Assembly (NCBI GenBank): GCA_965655465.1
Contig: CBFHGY010000005.1
Coordinates: 1 to 54,638 of the forward strand
Origin: Bacteroidia bacterium
Lineage (GTDB): Bacteria; Bacteroidota; Bacteroidia; NS11-12g; UBA955
Direction of reading: 5' to 3'
DNA length: 54,638 nucleotides
Below are positions 1 through 8,431 of the stretch, one piece after another (position 1 is the stretch's first letter; each line of letters starts with the position of its first letter). The position numbers and the translations under genes are program-made. The notes under the pieces are model-generated. The model ran no database searches. It was not told the DNA's origin and worked only from the letters and a program-made list of their open reading frames with translations.

Positions 1-1072
1 CCATTTGGAAACGGCGTTCTAAGGCACCGTCTTTTTCAATATATTGGCGGTATTCATCTAAGGTGGTGGCTCCTATGCATTGGATTTCGCCTCTTGCGAG
101 AGCGGGTTTGAACATATTAGAAGCATCGAGCGAACCAGACGCTCCACCTGCACCCACGATGGTATGTATTTCATCGATGAATAAGATTACATCTTCGGCT
201 TTCTCCAGTTCCATCATAAGGGCTTTCATGCGCTCTTCGAATTGCCCTCTGTACTTGGTGCCCGCAACCATACTCGCCAAATCTAAACTAACTACCCGTT
301 TATTAAACAGCACCCGAGATACTTTTCTTTGGGTGATGCGCAAAGCCAATCCTTCGGCAATAGCGGTTTTACCCACACCGGGTTCTCCGATTAAAACGGG
401 ATTATTTTTCTTACGGCGTGATAAAATTTGGCTCACGCGTTCGATTTCTTTTTCTCTACCTACAATAGGATCTAACTTACCTTCTTCTGCAGCCTTGGTT
501 AGGTCGCGACCAAAATTATCTAAAACGGGAGTTTTTGATTTGGTTTTAGCTTTAGAAGCTGACTGCGCCTTTTGTTCCTCGCGATAATATTCTTCAGGCG
601 TTTCTCCATCGTCGTTGGAGGCTTCTCCACGAATCGTATCTATTCCTTCTTCCAAGGCGCTTTTAAATACGTCGTAACTCAATCCATATTGGGCTAAAAC
701 TTTAGAGGCCACATTGTCTTCATCTCTTAAAATTGAGAGCAATAAATGTTCGGTACCGATCAGATCCGTTTTGAAAATTTTCGCTTCCAAATAGGTAATT
801 TTCAGGGCTTTTTCAGCCTGTTTGGTCAAGGGAATATTACCTAAATTGCTGGTTTTGGTAGCCGTTCCCCGAATAGCATCTTCGATACTCTTTTTAAGTC
901 GTAAGGACTCGATATCTAAGACGCGCAGCGTTTGAAACGCTTTTCCTTCGCCTTCCCGGATAATTCCGAGAAGCAAATGTTCACAACCGATATAGTCGTG
1001 GCCTAATCGAATGGCCTCTTCCCGGCTGAATTGTATCACTTCTTTAACGCGTGGTGAAAACTTAGCTTCCAT
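1..1072 (-). CDS. clpC: ATP-dependent Clp protease ATP-binding subunit ClpC, 5' part (runs off the window start; absent from the ORF track)
   Basis: Manual minus-strand translation from ATG at 1072: [25 protein letters not shown], two Clp-N repeats ([14 protein letters not shown]), [22 protein letters not shown], Walker A GEPGVGKT, Walker B ILFIDEIH. Confidence 0.95.
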   Translation of the reverse strand, partial: MEAKFSPRVKEVIQFSREEAIRLGHDYIGCEHLLLGIIREGEGKAFQTLRVLDIESLRLKKSIEDAIRGTATKTSNLGNIPLTKQAEKALKITYLEAKIFKTDLIGTEHLLLSILRDEDNVASKVLAQYGLSYDVFKSALEEGIDTIRGEASNDDGETPEEYYREEQKAQSASKAKTKSKTPVLDNFGRDLTKAAEEGKLDPIVGREKEIERVSQILSRRKKNNPVLIGEPGVGKTAIAEGLALRITQRKVSRVLFNKRVVSLDLASMVAGTKYRGQFEERMKALMMELEKAEDVILFIDEIHTIVGAGGASGSLDASNMFKPALARGEIQCIGATTLDEYRQYIEKDGALERRFQM

Positions 1073-1081
1073 AATCTTCTT

Positions 1082-1089
1082 CAAATATA
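1082..1089 (-). promoter_or_regulatory. Bacteroidota sigma-A -7 element (TATATTTG) of clpC
   Basis: Exact TAnnTTTG match 9 nt upstream of the clpC ATG. Confidence 0.6.
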
Positions 1090-1154
1090 ATTATTAGTTT
1101 TTCGAATTGCTATTAGCCTCTGACAAGTGGCGTATATTTAGGACAAACGGCAGA

Positions 1155-2141
1155 TTAAAACGAATTGGCTATGCCGTAAAGATAATTCCGATAGGAGGGT
1201 AAACAAGAATTCCGGTATAACTCTTGACGGAACTCCTGTGCTCGCGATGTGTCTTTAATTCGTGAGAAAAAAGAGGTTTTACAGGCTAAGAAAACAGCGT
1301 TTTCCAGACTTGCAACAAAGGGATTTTGAAGTAAATTCAAATGTAGTGCAGGTCCCAAGAACTCCATTACTTCCTGAATTTGCTGCGTATTTGCTCCAAA
1401 TCGCACTAAAATAGGCAATGGTTCCATCGCAAAGGGCATCAAATACTCAAGGGGCTCCTCTTTCAACACTTCAAACCAATCTTGAACCAAATCAGATTGT
1501 AGGGCTCCCGTTTTCAACATTTGATGGATGAATTTCGCAGCCCATACCCGACCGTTTATAATAGGAAAATAATTTTTATCGGTTGGGTATCGAGACAGGG
1601 CCTCACTCCATTTGCGCATCATTTGTACATTTCCATCGAGGTAATACCCGGTTAAAATTACCGATTTTTTAAAGGTTTCCTGTTCCAAATTCTGCGGATC
1701 CATTTCCGCTACAAGCCGGTTATAATATAAATCTTTGTGTAAGGTATCGTAATCCACAAAAGAATGTAAAATCCAATTTCTCAATACGGGGTTATTGGCG
1801 ATGAAATTCAGTTCATGATCTTTAAAATTGCGGAATCGCAGACTCTCCCCAATATGATTTAGGAGGTAACCTTTCAAATAAAATTCCATTAATTCGGCAT
1901 CGTTTAAGTTCAAGCGTTCAAAAAACGCAACCCAAGACTGCACTTTGGTCTGAGCAATATTCTTCCGAGCCCAAGTAATCAATTGCAAAATACTGGGAAT
2001 ATGCCGTTGAAGAGCATTTTCACGCACTAATTGAAAATCCAAGTCAGACACCCGCGAATGGTCCAAACGAAATTTCTTGGAGGTTTCAAATTCAACCTCT
2101 ACTTCCCACAATGCCGGTGCAACCAGTGTAATTTTCTTCAT
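1155..2141 (-). CDS. Hypothetical protein, predicted mostly alpha-helical
   Basis: Long uninterrupted ORF; start moved to ATG 2141 (MKKITLV); no family motif recognised. Confidence 0.7.
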   Translation of the reverse strand: MKKITLVAPALWEVEVEFETSKKFRLDHSRVSDLDFQLVRENALQRHIPSILQLITWARKNIAQTKVQSWVAFFERLNLNDAELMEFYLKGYLLNHIGESLRFRNFKDHELNFIANNPVLRNWILHSFVDYDTLHKDLYYNRLVAEMDPQNLEQETFKKSVILTGYYLDGNVQMMRKWSEALSRYPTDKNYFPIINGRVWAAKFIHQMLKTGALQSDLVQDWFEVLKEEPLEYLMPFAMEPLPILVRFGANTQQIQEVMEFLGPALHLNLLQNPFVASLENAVFLACKTSFFSRIKDTSRAQEFRQELYRNSCLPSYRNYLYGIANSF

Positions 2142-2287
2142 GCTATATCTGCAATTTATGGCATCCTGATTTGAATTACTAAACGGATTCCGCAATGTTT
2201 TAGGATATTTATCAAACGAAAATGTGAAAAACTATTTCGTTTGTAGAAGTTTTTTTGAAGCTCGAAAATATCGACCTTTGGAAGGTT

Positions 2288-3964
2288 ATGGAAAACACGA
2301 AGATTCCTAATTCTTCCAATAAGAAAAAAGTAATTCCCAAAGAATTTTTCGACGATCGTATGGGGCGTATGCCGCCAAACGCTCGTGAATTGGAAGATGC
2401 CGTATTAGGGGCTATGATGTTGGAACGCGAAAAGATTTTTCAGGTTATCGATATCCTTACTAAAGACCATTTTTACGACCCTAAAAATCAAATCATTTTT
2501 GAAGCCATCGAAACCTTATACAAGGCGGGAGACACCGCGATTGATTTACTTACGGTTTCGAATTATCTTAAGAACCATAAATTACTCGAAATTTCGGGTG
2601 GTTATATGTACTTGGCGCAACTAACGAACAAGGTAACCTCTGCCGCCAATATTGAATTTCATGCACGTATTTTAACCCAAAAATTCATTCAGCGATCACT
2701 TATTAAAGTGGCGGGTGAGATTCAATTTAATGCCTACGATGACACGGAAGATTCTTTCGAGTTGTTGGATGATTCCGAAGCCAAGTTATACGAAATTAAA
2801 AATGCGGGACTTAAGCGTAATTATCAAGAAATTAGCACGTTGATTGGCAATTCCTTGAAGGATATCGAGGCGCGAATGAACAGCGAAAACAACGGAATCA
2901 CCGGTGTTGCTTCTGGTTTTAGCGATATCGATCGTATTAACGGCGGATGGCAACCCTCAGATTTGGTCATCCTTGCTGCCCGTCCTGCAATGGGTAAAAC
3001 AGCCTTTGCTTTGAGTTTGGTGCGCAACGCCGCGATTGACCATAAAAAGAGTGTAATGGTTTTTTCACTAGAAATGGCCGACATTCAGCTTGTGAATCGT
3101 TTGATCTCCGCAGAAGCTCAAGTTCCTGGAGAAAAAATTAAAAAAAGCAGCCTCTCTGAAGAAGAATGGATCCGACTTCAAAACCAAACTACGGTTTTGG
3201 GGGAAGCTAAAATTTTTATCGACGATACACCCCAGTTGAATATTTTTGATTTGAATGCAAAGTGCCGTAGAATTGCTTCCCAACAAGGGTTGGATATGGT
3301 AGTTGTGGATTATTTGCAATTATTGCGCGCCGATGTTAAGTCACAAGGAAATCGAGAGCAAGAAATTGCCTTTATTTCCCGTTCCTTGAAAGGTTTGGCT
3401 AAAGATTTAAATATACCCATAATTGCGTTGGCGCAATTAAGTCGCGAAGTAGAAAAACGTGCAAACAAAAGACCTCAATTATCCGATTTGCGTGAATCTG
3501 GTTCTATCGAACAAGATGCCGATATGGTAATGTTCCTATACCGAAACGAGTATTATGAAAAAATGGGTATGGATAGCGAAGCTCCTTCTGATTCTGATGA
3601 TTTAGACGCTGATATCAAAGGTCTAACTGAGGTAATCATTGCAAAGAACAGGCATGGAACAGTGGGTTCAGCCTTCTGTAAATTCATTGGAGAATATTCT
3701 AAGTTTCAGGATTTAGATCATTACGAACGTGATATGATCCGCCAGAAAAACCCTGAATATGGTTACAGTCCCGATACTCCTGTTCAAACCACCAAAGTAT
3801 TGCCTTCCAAAATGAATCGAGATCAGGATATATACAATCAACCGGGCAGTGCCTCTCCGTTTGATGACGGTCCGTCTAACTTTCCTGATAAGGGATCTTG
3901 GAGCGGAGGCATTCAACCGCCAACGGGTCCCAGTTTCTTCCCTCCGAATATTACGGAAGAATAA
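2288..3964 (+). CDS. dnaB: Replicative DNA helicase DnaB
   Basis: PPNARELEDAVLG N-domain, Walker A AARPAMGKT, DYLQL, LRESGSIEQDAD, KNRHG; ATG 2288 preferred over upstream TTG. Confidence 0.97.
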   Translation: MENTKIPNSSNKKKVIPKEFFDDRMGRMPPNARELEDAVLGAMMLEREKIFQVIDILTKDHFYDPKNQIIFEAIETLYKAGDTAIDLLTVSNYLKNHKLLEISGGYMYLAQLTNKVTSAANIEFHARILTQKFIQRSLIKVAGEIQFNAYDDTEDSFELLDDSEAKLYEIKNAGLKRNYQEISTLIGNSLKDIEARMNSENNGITGVASGFSDIDRINGGWQPSDLVILAARPAMGKTAFALSLVRNAAIDHKKSVMVFSLEMADIQLVNRLISAEAQVPGEKIKKSSLSEEEWIRLQNQTTVLGEAKIFIDDTPQLNIFDLNAKCRRIASQQGLDMVVVDYLQLLRADVKSQGNREQEIAFISRSLKGLAKDLNIPIIALAQLSREVEKRANKRPQLSDLRESGSIEQDADMVMFLYRNEYYEKMGMDSEAPSDSDDLDADIKGLTEVIIAKNRHGTVGSAFCKFIGEYSKFQDLDHYERDMIRQKNPEYGYSPDTPVQTTKVLPSKMNRDQDIYNQPGSASPFDDGPSNFPDKGSWSGGIQPPTGPSFFPPNITEE

Positions 3965-3991
3965 TCCGAAATATTCCTCAAGAATATACAA

Positions 3992-4025
3992 CAAAAGAGG
4001 CGGCCCCATATGACCGCCTCTTTTG
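3992..4025. terminator. Bidirectional intrinsic terminator between convergent dnaB and htrA
   Basis: Perfect 12-bp arms CAAAAGAGGCGG / CCGCCTCTTTTG with A/T tracts on both sides. Confidence 0.85.
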
Positions 4026-4047
4026 TGTTTGTTAATTTATGATTCGA

Positions 4048-5571
4048 TTATTCTTCGCTTTTTTCGGCCTTTGACGGAAGTTTTACCGCAAATATTTTGT
4101 CTTCTCCAGACTTGGTTTTGCCTTCCACGACGATAGCTCCACTTAAATTAGAAAACATCGATATTGCACCTTGTGGTGAATAAACGCGCTCATTATTAAT
4201 ATGGGTAATTACAAATCCCTTGGGTATGCCTGCTGATTCGAACGCGCCCTTATCTAGGTTCTCTACTTTAGCTCCTCCTTTTATTTTGAGCTTTTCGCGT
4301 TCTTCCTTAGAAACTACTCCCAAGTTCAATCCCATATAGCTTTTTGCATTGGCGGGAGCCGCAGCACTTAGCTTCGTTTCTCCGTCTTTACTTAATAAGG
4401 TAGCGTTAAGCTCTTTAATCGATCCCGATCTGCGCAGCGTGATGGTAATTTTATCACCGGGGCGGTATTTACCTACTTTTTCTTGCAATTTGCTCGAGCT
4501 GTTCACTTCTTCGCCATCGATCTTCAAGAGTACGTCGTCCTTTTTTACACCTGCTTTATCGGCAGAACCGCCTGCGACCACATCGGCGATATACACACCT
4601 TTTAAGTCGGGCAAATTCTTTTGTTCGAGTAATTCTTGACTTACATCTTGAATTGAAACGCCCAAAATAGCCCTTTGAACTTTACCGTATTTCATGATGT
4701 CGTTCACAACCTTTTTCATCAAATTAACGGGTACTGCGAAGCCATATCCCGCATAAGAGCCGGTTTGAGACGCAATAGCCGTATTTATACCTATTAACTC
4801 TCCGGATACATTGACCAAAGCTCCCCCAGAATTACCAGGATTAATAGCAGCATCTGTTTGAATGAAATTTTCAATGGCATATTGATTTCCTTGAGAACGC
4901 AATAAATCAATGTTTCTTCCCATCGCACTTACGATCCCTAAGGTAACAGTACTGTTCAAATTGAATGGATTTCCTACAGCGACTACCCATTGGCCTACTT
5001 TTACATCGTCTGAGTTCCCTAATTTCAAGAAAGGCAAATCGCTATCTGAAATCCGCAATACCGCCAAATCGGTATTTTTATCTGTACCCACCAATTCTGC
5101 GATATAACTGCGTTTATCATTCAAAACCACCTCTATTTTATTGGCATCGGCGACTACGTGATTATTCGTAACAATATAACCATCTTCTGAAATAACCACT
5201 CCGGAACCGGAGGCCATTTTAGGACCTGGACTGTCGAATCGAAAATTGGGGCCGTTGAAAAACTCAAAGGGATCGAAAGGTGTTCCATTTTGGGGTTGTC
5301 GTGACTGACTTCCGCCAGAGGTAGTTTTGATATGAACCACTGCAGGATTCGCTATTTCTGCTACTCCCGTAAAATCAAATCCAGGAGAGCTGCTCAATGC
5401 CGCGTATCGCGCCATTTGGGCACTGGCGGTTTGATATTGGTCGGAATTCGAGCGCTTAAATAATTGGGGCGCTAATGCGTAAAAACCGAATAAACTGATA
5501 AGTCCTCCTACCAAACCGGCAAAAACCAAGTTAGCAATTGTGTGTTTTTGAAAAAATCTTGACTTCATCAT
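4048..5571 (-). CDS. htrA: HtrA/DegP-family periplasmic serine protease with two PDZ domains
   Basis: TNNHVV (His), DLAVL (Asp), TDAAINPGNSGGAL (Ser), two PDZ-like segments, N-terminal hydrophobic anchor; start moved to MMKSRFF. Confidence 0.93.
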   Translation of the reverse strand: MMKSRFFQKHTIANLVFAGLVGGLISLFGFYALAPQLFKRSNSDQYQTASAQMARYAALSSSPGFDFTGVAEIANPAVVHIKTTSGGSQSRQPQNGTPFDPFEFFNGPNFRFDSPGPKMASGSGVVISEDGYIVTNNHVVADANKIEVVLNDKRSYIAELVGTDKNTDLAVLRISDSDLPFLKLGNSDDVKVGQWVVAVGNPFNLNSTVTLGIVSAMGRNIDLLRSQGNQYAIENFIQTDAAINPGNSGGALVNVSGELIGINTAIASQTGSYAGYGFAVPVNLMKKVVNDIMKYGKVQRAILGVSIQDVSQELLEQKNLPDLKGVYIADVVAGGSADKAGVKKDDVLLKIDGEEVNSSSKLQEKVGKYRPGDKITITLRRSGSIKELNATLLSKDGETKLSAAAPANAKSYMGLNLGVVSKEEREKLKIKGGAKVENLDKGAFESAGIPKGFVITHINNERVYSPQGAISMFSNLSGAIVVEGKTKSGEDKIFAVKLPSKAEKSEE

Positions 5572-5683
5572 AGTTAAATTTAGCATTTTTAGTTTGAAAA
5601 CAACGCAAAAATCGATTCCTTCCTTTAATTTGCATAACAAATCGTTTACCTTTTTCGATAAAGTCGTATAGATAGTCCGTGAA

Positions 5684-6247
5684 ATGCCTAGGCAATCAAC
5701 AACAACACTTCCACCCATTGAACGCTTGCAACAAGGCGAAAGGGAGGTACTCATTGAACTTTACAGGGAAAACGAACGAATGGTACGCAAATACATAACC
5801 GAAAATAATGGCACTGCAGATGATGCAGAAGACCTCTTACAGGATGCTTTGGTTGTGTTGTGGCAGAACGCGCGTAAGCCCAATTTTGAATTACATGCAA
5901 AAATTAGCACCTATTTGTTTGCAATAATTCGCAACCAGTGGCTGAAGACTTTAGAAAAACGCAAACGAGAAAATGGCTCTTTGGAAGTCGCCGGGGAAGG
6001 TCCTACAAGTTTCCCAAATGAAACCCAAATGGATCTTAAAATTGTACGAGATTATCTCAACGATATGGGTGATTTATGTCGCAAGGTGCTTTTGATGTAC
6101 TATTTCGATGGTTTCGATATGCAAACCATTGCCTCTGCAAATAATTTAGCCAACGCCGATACTGCAAAATCTAAAAAGTATCAGTGTTTAAAAGAATTAG
6201 GCAGCCGCATCAAATCTAAGTTTAACGCAACCGATTTTTTGAGATGA
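5684..6247 (+). CDS. ECF-type RNA polymerase sigma factor
   Basis: Region 2 DAEDLLQDALVVLW...TYLFAIIRNQWL; region 4 LLMYYFDGFDMQTIA; 187 aa. Confidence 0.92.
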   Translation: MPRQSTTTLPPIERLQQGEREVLIELYRENERMVRKYITENNGTADDAEDLLQDALVVLWQNARKPNFELHAKISTYLFAIIRNQWLKTLEKRKRENGSLEVAGEGPTSFPNETQMDLKIVRDYLNDMGDLCRKVLLMYYFDGFDMQTIASANNLANADTAKSKKYQCLKELGSRIKSKFNATDFLR

Positions 6248-7401
6248 TGAACGAGATAGACGAACGCATTATCCGTTACTACGACCAAGAGATGTCGGCT
6301 GCCGAGGTGGAACAATTCATGCAGGAAATAACCACTGATGCACAATTAAAGCAGGAATTTGAATTTTATGGAACCGTCATAGAAGGCATTCGCGATGAAG
6401 GGGCAATTGAATTGAAGGAGTACATCAAAGAACATTTGCAAACTGATGAACTCAGTTCTCAAAGCAATTTATGGATGTATGCCGCAGCGAGCGTCACGTT
6501 ATTGCTGCTGAGTTATTTTGCCATATATTCCTATTTAGAAACAGGTAACATTCAAGAAGCTGCTGAAATTATAACACTTAAAGACGAAAAATCCGATAAG
6601 TTTAAATTCTGGAAACGCAATAAAAACAAAACGGCAATTCAAAATCTCGATACCACATCGATATATAAAGACTCCTTGTTGGCATTAGAGCAAAAAAGAA
6701 ATTCCGATTCAAGTGTATTATTAGCCATGGAGATTGTAGAGGAAGATGACGACAAGATAACGGAAAACTACAGCGCTGAAATGGCCCCTGCACCAGAAAA
6801 TCCCCTACCCCGAGCTATCCTAATTACTCAAGTTTCTGTAATTCCGATTAAACTTATGTCGACCGAGGTGGTGGCTGAATCCTCACTTGACATGGGAACC
6901 CAAACCCGTCAAATGAATAAGGTACAAGGGGTTCAAATGGGTAAAGAAAGAAATAAAGCAGACGAATTACAAGTAAATGGAGCCGAACGACTTAAAAGCA
7001 AGTCTACGACAGCGGTTACCACTAAAAAAACGAGTGATTCCTACCCCGCTACAGCCGAGTTCGAAAAAAAGACTGACACGGCACAGCTTAAAAAAAGCAT
7101 AGCCATGCCTAAATCCAAACCAACCCGTTTTAAGCTCATGCATTTCGAAGATGAAAAAGGCAAACCTCATGCGATAGTCACAAAAAGCGGCAATGAAATG
7201 ATCGTTTCAATTTATAATATTTGGGGTGAAAATCCATTGGTCTTCGAAATCAATCAAGAATTCTACCTCGATTTAGGAACCTCCGAAAACAATACGGCAA
7301 AGGAACCTTCAAGAATATGGAAATTACCGATAAGCTCAGGAAATTATGAAAATATTGATTGGGTTACTAATAAGCGCATTATAGAACAGATTCGGAATTA
7401 A
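6244..7401 (+). CDS. Putative single-pass membrane anti-sigma factor
   Basis: 4-nt overlap with the ECF gene; N-terminal IDERIIRYYDQEMS..E...F helical domain, one TM segment (WMYAAASVTLLLLSYFAIYSYL), long low-complexity C-terminal part. Confidence 0.6.
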   Translation: MMNEIDERIIRYYDQEMSAAEVEQFMQEITTDAQLKQEFEFYGTVIEGIRDEGAIELKEYIKEHLQTDELSSQSNLWMYAAASVTLLLLSYFAIYSYLETGNIQEAAEIITLKDEKSDKFKFWKRNKNKTAIQNLDTTSIYKDSLLALEQKRNSDSSVLLAMEIVEEDDDKITENYSAEMAPAPENPLPRAILITQVSVIPIKLMSTEVVAESSLDMGTQTRQMNKVQGVQMGKERNKADELQVNGAERLKSKSTTAVTTKKTSDSYPATAEFEKKTDTAQLKKSIAMPKSKPTRFKLMHFEDEKGKPHAIVTKSGNEMIVSIYNIWGENPLVFEINQEFYLDLGTSENNTAKEPSRIWKLPISSGNYENIDWVTNKRIIEQIRN

Positions 7402-7407
7402 TTTTTA

Positions 7408-8178
7408 ATGGAAATACCCTTTGTAAAATACCAAGGAACTGGCAATGATTTTATATTGATAGATGCCAGAAACCACACCCCTAAATTGGATGTAGCCCAT
7501 TGGTGCGATCGCCGTTTTGGCATTGGCGCAGATGGTTTAATGTACCTTCAAAACTCTTCAGAAGCCGATTTCGAAATGATTTATTATAATTCGGATGGCA
7601 ATCTCAGCAGTATGTGTGGAAACGGTGGTCGTTGTTTGGCACATTGGGCAATGGAATTAGGTATTGGGGATGGCAATTCGGTGCATTTTAAAGCTCCGGA
7701 TGGATTTCATACTGCACAAAAAACATCCAATGGGATTGAACTGAGCATGAATCCAGTTCCCCAGATAAACACCATTAATTCCACCGATGTTTCATTAGAC
7801 ACTGGATCCCCGCATTTTGTTCGGAAATGCCTTGATATACCAGGAAATTTCGTAGAACAAGCGCGGGATATTCGCCAATCTGCAACGTATAAAACAGCCG
7901 GTATAAATGTAAATTTCTATCAAGAAATCAATAAAAACCACTTAAAATGCCGCACGTTCGAACGCGGAGTAGAAGACGAAACACTTAGCTGCGGAACTGG
8001 TGTTACTGCAGTTGCTTTAGCCTATGCTCGAGAACAAGGTTTATCAAACGGGAAGATTGAAATTGAAACCCAAGGAGGAATCCTTCACATTTCCTTTCAA
8101 AGTGCGGAGGATGGTTCCTATACCCAAATTTCACTTGAAGGACCTGCACAATTCGTTTTCAAGGGTTTCATTGATTAG
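7408..8178 (+). CDS. dapF: Diaminopimelate epimerase
   Basis: FVKYQGTGNDF, MCGNGGRC, TFERGVEDETLSCGTG. Confidence 0.96.
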   Translation: MEIPFVKYQGTGNDFILIDARNHTPKLDVAHWCDRRFGIGADGLMYLQNSSEADFEMIYYNSDGNLSSMCGNGGRCLAHWAMELGIGDGNSVHFKAPDGFHTAQKTSNGIELSMNPVPQINTINSTDVSLDTGSPHFVRKCLDIPGNFVEQARDIRQSATYKTAGINVNFYQEINKNHLKCRTFERGVEDETLSCGTGVTAVALAYAREQGLSNGKIEIETQGGILHISFQSAEDGSYTQISLEGPAQFVFKGFID

Positions 8179-8378
8179 TGAAAACAACCTACCCTAAGGG
8201 TGCTCATGTAATAATTTAAGGAAGCTTATAATTGCGCTATATCCTAAAAAAATATTACGCTTTATATTTCAAAAGATACACAGACGCAGAGAATTCTTAT
8301 AATCGATCTAAAGTGATAGGATTATATGCCCCAAAGATTTTTCTCTAGATAGCCGCCCAGTAACGCGTTGACTATTTA

Positions 8379-8411
8379 ATAAAAAGGGCGATCTGAATCA
8401 GACCGCCCTTT
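8379..8411 (-). terminator. Intrinsic terminator of the T9SS-cargo gene
   Basis: AAAGGGCG/CGCCCTTT stem extended by TCTG/CAGA, followed by a T tract on the minus strand. Confidence 0.75.
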
Positions 8412-8431
8412 AAACCAAATTAAATTCAGAA

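Noticed and set aside
63-587. 174-aa plus-strand ORF and the many other short ORFs nested antisense or out of frame in the ORF track
   Set aside because: They are shadows of well-supported genes (here clpC on the opposite strand) and show no motifs of their own.
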